Of a stretch of DNA of 64,000 nt, positions 53,128 through 64,000 are shown one piece after another (position 1 is the first letter of the stretch; each line of letters opens with the position of its first letter). A program made the position numbers and the translations under genes. The stretch is from Tubulanus polymorphus. Its lineage: Eukaryota > Animalia > Nemertea. Where the stretch lies: the NCBI RefSeq assembly GCF_964204645.1, contig NC_134028.1, positions 22,812,345-22,876,344 on the forward strand. Reading direction: 5' to 3'. The notes under the pieces were generated by a model. It made no database searches. It was not told the DNA's origin and saw only the letters and a program-made list of their open reading frames with translations.

Positions 53128-56100
53128 TTAAGTTTGAGTTTGTTGCACTAACGATATCGGTATCGGCGGGATTAACCATCGTCTCAGAGATGAACTAACG
53201 TCGTTGACTTTACCGGTTAAGTTTGACTCGACGATGACGTCCATCATATTGTTACCGGTGAACACCGTGTATAATGCAGCTTCAGTCATCAGCACGCTGG
53301 AAGATAAAATAATACGACCATTAAGTGCTGACTAATTAATACCCTAAAGTGCTGGAGATAATTTGGAAATTCTAAAAAATTCCACCCTAGTGTGTTGAAT
53401 AACGGGAATACCACTACAGTGCGTCTACAATGTGGCGCCGTGCATCGTTAGGTACTAGTATTTCACTATGTTTGACACGTGCTGCCATTTTTCAAGAAAG
53501 ATAATTACTTATTACTAATTACATCAATACACCGTAGTGTGGTGTACTAGCAAAATCTATCACTGATTTATACACCACACTGCGGTGTAGACGCACTGAA
53601 AGGGTTAAATCATTTGAAATTAATCGATGAAATACTCGCGGAATAGGTGTAATGGTAAGAAGTGGAAATGGAATGGGTAGAGGTGGGATGGGAGGTTATG
53701 ATTGAGGTAACATGAAATGAGGGTCTGATGAATGATAACTTTTAACCTGGGACGGGTTTTAAAGCTGCACCCAGTCAGACAGTAACAAAGGTGGATCTAA
53801 GAAATGATGATTAAGTCTATACGTTAAAGAAACAGGGCTCGTGTGCCGATAAAAGCTTCAGCAGAGTTTGGTAAGTTTTATGAATAAGGTATAAGTTGAT
53901 ACATTTGAGAAAGGATTTTCATCTGTATCCAGTTCAACAGTTGTGAGTTAGAGTAAAACTTAAGAGTGGAAATCAGTTCATTTTCAACGAGTTAACTGAT
54001 TGAGATTTAAATCTGTGGAACTGGACACGGGTTGTCAAATTTTACTTCAGAAATCTTGAGGCTGATATTTTTAAGGGCCCTCTGAATTTTAGGAAGAGAC
54101 GGTCTGACCTTCCTCAGAAACTCGCAAGATCTGCTCTCGAATTTTCCCGACAACGGTTTAAAATCTTTAAACACTTAATTTAAGAAATATTCACCTCTTA
54201 TAAGCGCCGGTGATCAAATTAAGAAATGAGGCTTTCATTTGTCTCCACAGTTTTGATGGGTACATCGTCTTTTTGTCAGCCGAACGTTTTCGGTCCATCA
54301 GAATCATTTTATAATTCTCGACATTCGGATCGTTCAACATCACAGTCATTATATCTGAAATACAAACAATTGAATTATCTTATAAAATGAGTTACTGTGT
54401 ATTTTTCTATGTTGAAATAGGGATGATTGGCCCCCTTAATGGCCCTCTTTTTCATGATTTTTTTAAATTCAAATGCTAATCTGGTATCCCTTACAAACCC
54501 ACTAGTCACACTTGCTGTGAACGAAACAGGGCATTATTTGATTTTGTAATCTACACTAAAATCGCGCAGATATAGTTGGATGGTCGGTCGAATTTACTGC
54601 TATTTTGGTTCGGCTGGCGTACTTTGTTGGTTACCTTTTCTAGGCGAAGATGCATTAGTAGTGAGAGCTCATATTTTCAAAAAAATCAAGTTAATCCTAC
54701 GAAGTACAACCAGTCCTGTCAGCATCTCTATGACTCCTGTTGAATTGAAAATACTTTACCTTTTCCTTGTTCGGTTGCATCTTTGAGTTTCTTTTCATAT
54801 TCATCGACTTTCTGCATCAGTTCCTCGTGTGTTCTGTTGATGAATTTGTACATGTAACACGACGGTGTACTGGATATAGTGTGAACATTGTGAAATACGC
54901 CTGGTTTCAGCTGAAAACATAAGAGTATCAATCAGAAAAAAATACCACACCGCTTACAGTCGCGTTACATTCCAGTCGACGGCAATCTATTCGGACGGTG
55001 AAAATTTGCCGGTCTTGAGAATGAAATCTGAGTATAGGCCTATACGGGGTTTAAAAAAATATTTCACTTTCACATGCGATTGAATCCACCTTGACCGACG
55101 TTCACGGTACAATAATGAATCCACATTGTCCTGATCGTATATATCGACTCAGTTAGCCGAAGAAGTCGCTTTATCAGAAAAACTATGCATTATATAGTCA
55201 AGTGACGGAAATCTAAAAATCTGACCCCGGTAGTATTATTGTGGAAAATTCATTTTAAAAAAACGAAGATGAAAATGTAATTAAAGTTGACTACTCATAT
55301 CGCTATTTCTGTAGGTCTATTCATATGACAACGTTGGTTTAATGGTATGACACTTACATCCAGTTGATCTTTGACATTCAATGTCACGTTTTTGACACTT
55401 TCACCGGACTGCCCATCCTCGATTGCCGGCTCCAATATCTCGACTCGAATCTGCCCCTGAAGTACTTCGATAGTCGTCAAGTTCAGGTCGTCTTGAACGT
55501 AATTCTCCAACATCAAACCTTTCAACGAATATATGTAAGACAATGTTATGCAATATCATCAGAACACAACAAATGAATTAACATGATATGATTTTTGCTC
55601 TGACATTTTCTTCAAATATCAGCTCATTTCATTTTGCTGTTATCTAAAGCAACGACAATAGAGCTGGGTCCAGGATCACGTTCAAAACGCCTACCCCCGT
55701 AAACAAACCTGGAAAATCAGCCACAAACACGACATCGGTATATTGAGTATTGTTCGCCAGGTCTCGCGTTATTCCATCGATCTGATTTCGCCAATCGGAT
55801 AAATCGTAGAGCAGGGGTAAAACCCACGGCGTCGCGCGAAATGGACTCCACTCGGCTGTTAATATATCAACGCGTGGATCAAACATCCTGAAATATCGAG
55901 AAAGAAAAAATTGTCTTTTCTGAATGTGATCTGCTAAACTGATAGGGAGAAAGAGCTTCGAAAGAAAATACCAGGGTAAAGACAATAAAAGGAATATGAT
56001 ATTTCTTGTATCATTGTCAGGGTGGCCACTTTCCACTGATTTACAAATCCAAGAGTTTTTCCCGGATTTTTCCCACATGATTACACAAAATTCCCTGAGT

Positions 56101-59100
56101 GAATCAGAGAAATTTCTACGTAGGTCTTATATGTTACAAATTATCATTATTCATTGAATCACGTACTGATAAAGAAACATGCGGTCAATAGCATTATCTG
56201 AATTCCCAGAGTTTTCTAGATTTTTGGTAAAATTTTTTCAAATTCCCTGAGTTTCCCTAAATTTTCCAGGTTTCCAGGTAAGTGGCACCACCCTGATAGT
56301 GTAACAAACCTCTGTTGAAATCGTCTATTCATAGATTTCCAAACGTCGATGTAGAGTTCGATGTTTTTAAGGTCGTATTGTTCGAGTTTAGCTTTAACGC
56401 AAGCAGCGTACTGTTTAACCATATCAGCGTGGGCGTTCCAGCGACTACGCCGAGAGTGAGTCCACGCCTAAAACATCAACAATATCCTCTCAATTTCATT
56501 GAAACATCGAAAATTACATACATTTTTTCAACTCTGAATTTTCGGGTTTTTAATCATTCCAATGATTAAATTAGGAATGATAAGGAACAAGGTATGACAT
56601 GACTGGTAGACTTATTATTCATAATGTTATTTTTTCTTTCTCTGATGATGGAGTTTAGTGAAAACTTCGAAACTGTAAGGCAATAAACTGTTATTTCATC
56701 AACTGTTGGTTTTGTTCATTAAGGTATGTCATGTCCATATATGGAATATGTTAAGGCACATGAAAAGAAGTTATCAAGACTGATTCAAATACATCGTATA
56801 ACTTTGAATCCTAGTGTTAGTAAGAGTCACATTATTCGTTTAAACAAGGTACTTAAAAGGTTTTGTGTAAGTTCCAACAGACACTTTTTTACATCCTTAA
56901 AATCAATCGATTCTCCAGTTTTTAGTTAGGACTGTATATCGTATACCGGTACTATACCATACCTCAGGGTTCAGATAGCCGATCTTCCCTGTATCTAAGT
57001 CTTTATACGTTATACGGATATGCTGTTGATTCCAGCTATGCACCATCATATCCCACGAATAGCCGTACAGACCCTGTGTCCAGTTGTTATAACCCTAGAA
57101 TATAAACAATGAAACCGCTATTTATTATTCTAAGGGCTTAAGGGCTTCAGTACTGAACTGAGGTGAATTTGGCCATTTCTGGACTGATGTTGACTATTTC
57201 TCGGCTGAAGTTTGCCGGTCACCTTCTTTCAGTGAGTTTCTCGAGTTGCTGTCTTGATGAAACCCGATTCAACAATGTCAACTGACAAGTAGTCAGACAG
57301 AGACTGTTGAATATACACTCAGTAAGCAAGCAAACTTCACTACTTCACCCCGTGTGGCCATCTTTGCCGTTACCAGTTCCATAGATGGGTATTGAAATAT
57401 GAATTTAACTGTAGAGAAATGCAAGATTACCTTAGTAATGAAATGCGAGTATGGCAGGAATGATTGAATCAGTGCGTACACGATGACATACACGCTCGCT
57501 AGTTTATGATATTTTCCGGCTCGACTCCGTAGAATCGGCTGGTGTTGATTCGTCCGCGGTGATGACACTTTCTTTCCGTCCCCATGATCGGGTTTTACAT
57601 CCTGAAATCATAGATTACAGATATCAGGGGATGGTTGATTGTTCAACAGTAAGTTAAACTCATAACCCTGTCATTTTATCTACACTACAGTGCGTTGTAT
57701 AAATTGGTGGACATTGCTAGTACACCGCATCGTGGTGTATTTTTGTGATTACTAATCAGTTTTTTTCTCTATCAAAAGATGACAGCACCTCTGTTAAACA
57801 TGGTGAAATATCAGTCACAAATGATACACCGCGACGCAGTGTAGAAGCACTAAAGGTGTATGCCTGTTATATACACACTGCGGTGGAAATTTTTAACATT
57901 TTGAAATAATCTCTAGCACTTTAGGGCATTAATTAGTCAGCAATGAAAAGGTTAACCATCGGGTAAATGTGGTTGCTCCAAACTTAGCACTTACTTGAGT
58001 ATTCTCTGGTTTTACTTGGTTTTTGTCGTATAAACAATGATCGCTGGACTGAAGAGGAGACAGTTTGAAATGCAGGCAGACCGGTGTCAGCTTGCGATAG
58101 AGCTTTATCGGCCAATCAGCAGCGCAATAGAGGGGCATCGTTGACATCATGGTCCACGGGAACATACCTTTGATAAAAAACGAATCCAATCACACACCAT
58201 TTGCAGTTTAATTTTCAATACCTTTAACATAGCTTCTAAATATAGGAACTCATAGGTTTTTCATAGCTTCAGAAAAAACCTAAATTTTCATTTCCCGGAT
58301 TTTCAGGACTAGTACACACACCCTGTATCGTTTTTATTGATTTTTCGAGTCAAGTTCGCATGAAAAAGCCCAAGCTTTAGAACGGCATTAACTTACCGAT
58401 ACTGAATATTTGCGAGTTCATCAGATTGAAAGATAATCCAATGGCGAATCCGAGCGGCCGTGTCACGTCAAAATACAACAAATAACCCATACTCAAATCA
58501 ATGATCAGACCACCGATGTGAACAACTATCAAATCAACCAGTTTTCTACTCACTATCAACCTGTAATAAATCAGGAAAAAAGCTGAAACAGTAACTACAG
58601 CAGTCATCTACTTGTAGATGTATAAGTGCATGGTCATCTAGAGATATCAGTGCATGGCCATCTAGATATATCAGTGGTCATCTAGAGATATCAGTGCATC
58701 ATCTAGAGATATCAGTGGTCATCTAGAGATATCAGTGTTCATCTAGAGATATCAGTGGTCTTCTAGAGATATCAATGTTCATCTAGATATATCAGTGGCC
58801 ATCTAGAGATATCAGTGGTCATCTAGAGATATCAGTGCATCATCTAGATATATCAGTGGTCATCTAGAGATATCAGTGCATCATCTAGAGATATCAGTGG
58901 CCATCTAGATATATCAGTGCATGGCCATCTAGAGATATCAGTGGTCATCTAGAGATATCAGTGTTCATCTAGAGATATCAGTGGTCATCTAGAGATATCA
59001 GTAGTCATCTTACGGATATCAGTGTTCATCTAGATATATCAGTGGTCATCTAGAGATATCAGTGGTCATCTTGAGATATCAGTGGTCATCTTGAGATATC

Positions 59101-62100
59101 AGTGGTCATCTTGAGATATCAGTGTTCATCTAGATATATCAGTGGTCATCTAGAGATATCAGTGGTCTTCTAGAGATATCAGTGTTCATCTAGATATATC
59201 AGTGGTCATCTAGAGATATCAGTGGTCTTCTAGAGATATCAGTGTTCATCTAGATATATCAGTGGTCATCTAGAGATATCAGTGGTCTTCTAGAGATATC
59301 AGTGTTCATCTAGATATATCAGTGGCCATCTAGAGATATCAGTGGTCTTCTAGAGATATCAGTGTTCATCTAGATATATCAGTGTTCATCTAGATATATC
59401 AGTGGTCATCTTGAGATATCAGTGGTCATCTTGAGATATCAGTGGTCATCTTGAGATATCAGTGTTCATCTAGATATATCAGTGGTCATCTAGAGATATC
59501 AGTGGTCTTCTAGAGATATCAGTGTTCATCTAGATATATCAGTGGTCATCTAGAGATATCAGTGGTCTTCTAGAGATATCAGTGTTCATCTAGATATATC
59601 AGTGGTCATCTAGAGATATCAGTGGTCTTCTAGAGATATCAGTGTTCATCTAGATATATCAGTGGCCATCTAGAGATATCAGTGGTCTTCTAGAGATATC
59701 AGTGGTCTTCTAGATATATCAGTGTTCATCTAGATATATCAGTGGTCATCTTGAGATATCAGTGGTCTTCTAGAGATATCAGTGTTCATCTAGATATATC
59801 AGTGGTCATCTAGATATATCAGTGGTCATCTAGATATATCAGTGGTCATCTAGATATATCAGTGGTCATCTAGATATATCAGTGGTCATCTAGAGATATC
59901 ATTGGTCATCTAGATATATCAGTGGTCATCAACAGTGACCAAACAATTGAAAGTTGATTGTGCTGTTGCTAACCTGAATGGAGCGAAGACCCAATGCGCG
60001 GAGAGATGGTGCATTGACTGACCGCTGACCCAGTCGCGATCTGTTTTCTTTAAGCCAGCTATGAAGTAGACTAAGAACAATTGGAATCGTAAAATTCCAT
60101 AGTTCCAAGCGGGCACGTGAGCGTTTCTTATCCGCGGCCAAATGTAACCATCAACTGACCTGAAAATAATACACACACACACCAGGTTAGAATCTGACTA
60201 CTTGGATTACAACATTGAAAATAAACAGATTTGAACTGTAGAGTTAAATCTAACTCACAAATATCATCTAGTTGTTTATACAGTATAACTCACTCAATTT
60301 CGAATCGGTTTAATTTAGATTTTCACTTATTTTGGACTAAAATTCCAGTCTCCACTAGGTCATTTCTATTTCAAATGAGAGCACATAATTCGGATTTTGT
60401 TTAGACAATTTTTCAGCCCAGCTGATCCGAAATCAAGCGAGTTCTACTGTAGATAATGAAAGCGCATTGAAAATTCATCATTTCAGCCCCTTCTTGGATT
60501 ATGAAGTAGAGTATGTTTGTAGCAAAGACATTGAAACTGGTCACGATACCATTGAACATTTACATTTTCAGTATATACACAGACATGCGTGTTTCACGGG
60601 TATTCAGGGTCCGATCTAAGGAATGAAAGTCACTTGCCCGGGGGCAAGCATATCTAAAATTTTGCTTGCCCTCTCTAAAAGCTTCTTGCCCTACACCAGG
60701 CAGTCCAATTGGTGGCACTATCATCCGTTGTATCGAGTGGGAAAAAAGCTTTGTAACATAAATTGCACTAGCGATAATGATAACCTACTTGCCCTGAAGA
60801 GAATATACTTGTCCCGGGCAATCGGACGAGTGCTTAGATCAGACCCTGGTATTTCATCAGCTACGGTATAATAACAAATCGATTCCGAAAACAGAGATGA
60901 CGCGGAGGATACTGACCAGGCGCGATTAGCGTCGACGAGCAGGAGTATGATAGAAACGAGACCGTACAGGTAAGAATGATTGTTCCAGCTTAGTTTGTCC
61001 AACCAGAATATATACCAATACGGAATCATAAACATCGCGCAGCTTACTCGATAGAAACATCCGAATATTATACCGATTACACCTACAAAATAACCAGAAA
61101 TATTCTTTTGTAAATGTATATGTGCTTTGTGTTATTCCTTTCTAATATTCCTTGTTCTATCCTCAATAGTCCAGTAACGAAAAATTCTTTCTTTTGATTT
61201 TCAGTGTGCAGAACATCTAGACTTAAGTCCAGTAGTGGTCTCAAATCTTAAGACTGGTCATGATTTAACCCTTTCAGTGCGTCTACACCGCAGTGCGGTG
61301 TATGAATCGGTGATAGATTTTGCTAGTACACTGCACTGCGGTGTATTGATGTAATTAGTTTTTATCTCTATTAAAAGATGGCAGCACCTTTCAAACATAG
61401 TGAAATATTAGTAACTAACGATATACCGCGCCGCGGTGTAGACTCACTATAGTGGTATTCCCGTTATTCAACACACTAGGGTGGAATTTTTCAAAATTTT
61501 CAAATTATCTCCAGCACTATAGGGTATTGATTATAGTCAGCACTGAAAGGGTTAATGAGCAAAACCGACAGTTGATGATTGGACAATTTATTCTGACAGT
61601 TTCGAAGTTAAGTAAAAAATTTGAAACTGTCAGAATTAACTTTTATATCAGCAATTGTGGGTTTTGCTCTTTGAATATACACTGGGGTAGAATTTTTTCG
61701 AATTTTCAAACTATCTCCAGCATTTTGGGGTATAAATCAATTAGCACTGAAATGGTTAACCAAGATTCTCCATTCTTCGACCAACGCTGCGCAGAAATAA
61801 AAATCGATTAGAACAAGAAGAGGAAATTCAAAAATGACCCTAGGCAATCGACAATTATAGTCAGGCGTGGGAGATGAAATGAAATTCAGTATACCCGCTG
61901 GCAGTCAGACCGTCATTGTTTACAAACTTATACTGGCAACTTTTCTTTTGAAATGACATTTTTTTCGAAAATAAACGTGATCAGTTTCGGGCATCTCTCG
62001 CGAGACGATGGTTTCATATTTTGAGACCTGTTCGTTCTCTCTCTCTCTGTCTGCCGCGGTTACGCGAGGAGTGTTGTTACACGAAGTCCATTGTTTATGA

Positions 62101-62733
62101 AATGTTTTTTTTCCGCGATGATATTTCATCATGAACAATCACGAATCAAGATAAAAAAAGAAGCGATGATATAAAACATACGTTAAACAATGACAAATGT
62201 CAAGTCGTTTAAAATTTGTTATTTCATCCCGAATTGGACGAATATTTTAAGTATATTCAAGGAGAAAGTCTCAAAAATTTAGGATGTTTACAGGAAATGA
62301 TTAGTCAAACTACAGCTTCTTGTCATAGCTAGGGGCATCATTATTTTGACGACTTCAGGAAAACAAGTATCATCGGTCACTTAACTGACAATAATTCTTT
62401 TTAATGATATATCAAGGAGTTTCAACTAGTTTAGCTTGATTAATGAATTTTAGATAAGATTGGAGATCTTCAAAAATGTTTCGTCAATTCAGGGGTTAAG
62501 TTTTCGAGGAATCGTAGTATGAACATTAAATTCATAATGAATTAATGCTGCTGGTGTTTGTATCAGTACTATACCTGTTAACATCACCATGAATAGTAGA
62601 TGCATCCAGTGCAGCGGAAGAGGCCGCAAGAAGTCGAATAGAGGATAGTAACATTGATTATCTGGATCGCCCCACCTGGAATCGACTTCGGTCAAACCTC
62701 TTTCACCAAACAAATCTATAAACATCAGAATAC
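53128..62733 (-). CDS. GGCX: Vitamin K-dependent gamma-glutamyl carboxylase (5' exons lie beyond the window)
   Basis: Exons 62733-62575, 61082-60917, 60159-59974, 58560-58397, 58167-57995, 57601-57431, 57094-56963, 56467-56310, 55887-55709, 55518-55358, 54910-54760, 54354-54195, 53296-53128. Motifs: [18 protein letters not shown] (catalytic Lys region), [46 protein letters not shown]. Confidence 0.95.
53318..53608. mobile_element. piggyBac-like MITE copy, opposite orientation
   Basis: Same internal sequence as 48940-49228; ends GCACTGAAAGGGTTAA. Confidence 0.8.
53636..53738 (+). pseudogene. Degenerate fragment of the paralog-2 RGG exon inside the last GGCX intron
   Basis: TGGAATGGGTAGAGGTGGGATGGGAGGTTATGATTGAGGTAACATGAAATGAGG-TCTGATGAATGAT aligns to ~49783-49880 (TGGAATGGGTAGAGGTGGAATGGGAGGTTATAATAGAGGCAACATGAAAAGAGGTCAGATGAATGAT), with stop-creating changes. 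Confidence 0.75.
56018..56295. mobile_element. CAGGGTGGC-terminated MITE with internal TCAGGGAA/TTCCCTGA repeats
   Basis: CAGGGTGGCCAC...CACCACCCTG. Diverged relatives at ~1437-1736, 6226-6540, 15267-15550, 18650-18847, 34960-35234 and 50716-50930. Confidence 0.65.
57662..57955. mobile_element. Diverged piggyBac-like MITE copy
   Basis: Recognisable internal blocks (CTAGTACACCGCA, AAGATGACAGCACC, TTAGTCAGCAATGAAAAGGTTAA). Confidence 0.7.
58630..59930. repeat. 20-bp minisatellite (TCTAGAGATATCAGTGGTCA), ~65 units, in a GGCX intron
   Basis: Highly homogeneous array with a 60-bp higher-order pattern of variants. Confidence 0.97.
60605..60848. mobile_element. CAGGGTCCGATCTAAG MITE copy
   Basis: Same TIRs and internal sequence as 48126-48388; flanked by GTATT. 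Confidence 0.85.
61265..61555. mobile_element. piggyBac-like MITE (~290 bp), best-preserved copy
   Basis: TTAA|CCCTTTCAGTGC...GCACTGAAAGGG|TTAA. Related copies at 43145-43433, 48940-49228, 53318-53608 and 57662-57955; partial copies at ~15305-15467 and ~61670-61759. Confidence 0.85.
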
Positions 62734-62786
62734 CTGAAAAAAAAGATGTCCATATTGAGACATTTACACTAGGTGTCAATCCACAA

Positions 62787-63413
62787 TTCTGAAACCTGGA
62801 CCCCGCAACCTATCAGACATTCTGAAGCCTGGACCCTGCACCCTATCAGACATTCTGAAGCCTGGACCCTGCACCCGATCAGACATTCTGAAGCCTGGAC
62901 CCCGCACCCTATCAGACATTCTGAAGCCTGGACCCCACAACCTATCAGACATTCTGAAGCCTGGACCTGGCACCCTATCAGACATTCTGAAGCCTGGACC
63001 CTGCACCCTATCAGACATTCTGAAGCCTGGACCCCGCAACCTATCACACATTCTGAAGCCTGGACCCCACAACCTATCAGACATTCTGAAGCCTGGACCT
63101 GGCACCCTATCAGACATTCTGAAGCCTGGACCCTGCACCCTATCAGACATTCTGAAGCCTGGACCCCGCAACCTATCACACATTCTGAAGCCTGGACCCC
63201 ACAACCTATCAGACATTCTGAAGCCTGGACCTGGCACCCTATCAGACATTCTGAAGCCTGGACCCCACACCCTATCAGACATTCTGAAGCCTGGACCCTG
63301 CACCCTATCAGACATTCTGAAGCCTGGACCCTGCACCCTATCAGACATTCTGAAGCCTGGACCCTGCACCCTATCAGACATTCTGAAGCCTGGACCCGGC
63401 ACCCTATTCTGAA
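62787..63413. repeat. 30-bp minisatellite (CCTATCAGACATTCTGAAGCCTGGACCC..), ~21 units, in a GGCX intron
   Basis: Tandem array; it explains the repetitive ORFs seen in several frames. Confidence 0.97.
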
Positions 63414-64000
63414 GCAGTCAATTGAAACCAAAATGAAAAGTTCTAGCAAATTGTGCCGTTAGAATCTATCCGAAATTATTCAAAACCTGAATTTTCTGAA
63501 TATCTTTCTTTGAACGTCTTGTTGAAATTTGATTTCTGATCACATATAATCAAATTAAGTATGATATGACGAACGACAAATTTCTCAGAATCATTATTCG
63601 AAAATATTCTAGAGCTTCATAACGTTCAATTACTGCTGCCATGCCACTCCCTAATCATCAACAACCACCTACTGAGAGCTAGAGAATGTGCCTACGCAAA
63701 CTTTAACCAGAGCACAAGCAAAACTGATATACCACCGTAGCCCCCTGAGGGCGGACAGCACACGCCAAACAGTCTGCGCTGAAAATAATTCAAAAGCCAT
63801 CATTTGTCCGGGGAAAATGATGTCGAAGACAATTTTAGTCGTTTTAAGTCAAAACCAAATTTGTTGTCAAGAGGGAATAAATGTTATTGATCCACACAAA
63901 TATTCTGGAGCGAGTTGCACCGGTTTATCGTTATGGCATGATCATTGTGTTGATGAGTTTTTGAAATGAGGTCTACAGTTGGTATATTGAATTGTAATGA

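Noticed and set aside
31269-62733. Idea that the Glu-rich paralog tracts are substrates of the neighbouring GGCX
   Set aside because: GGCX acts in the ER lumen. The paralogs lack signal peptides and propeptides and look nuclear, and adjacency alone is not evidence in an animal genome.
62769-63462. Repetitive ORFs of more than 200 aa in three frames
   Set aside because: They come from a 30-bp minisatellite inside a GGCX intron.

Overview
Intron-rich, AT-rich animal genomic DNA, probably an invertebrate (possibly a lophotrochozoan; this is inferred from gene content and style only). Gene order: 3' half of SHMT (+); eRF3/GSPT1 (-) head-to-head with LUC7L3 (+); an MZB1/pERp1-like ER protein ending in KDEL (-); a ~3.1-kb non-autonomous foldback-type DNA element with TIRs, a probable 8-bp TSD and two inward-facing 30-bp arrays; two tandem paralogous genes of about 20 exons each; and most of GGCX (-). 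The paralogs encode an architecture I cannot assign to a named family: SAP domain, acidic tract, four U1/matrin-type C2H2 fingers, NLS-like segment, and an RGG/prion-like tail containing a conserved helix. Introns hold many MITEs, SINE fragments and minisatellites. The main candidate for a new system is the paralog pair, which also shows frame-gating microexons, a near-identical exon patch, an intron presence/absence difference and a stray exon fragment in a GGCX intron. Other candidates are the foldback element and a spliced LUC7L3 3' region with an 8-nt microexon. All exon structures were assembled by eye from GT-AG sites and frame continuity; no database searches were run.
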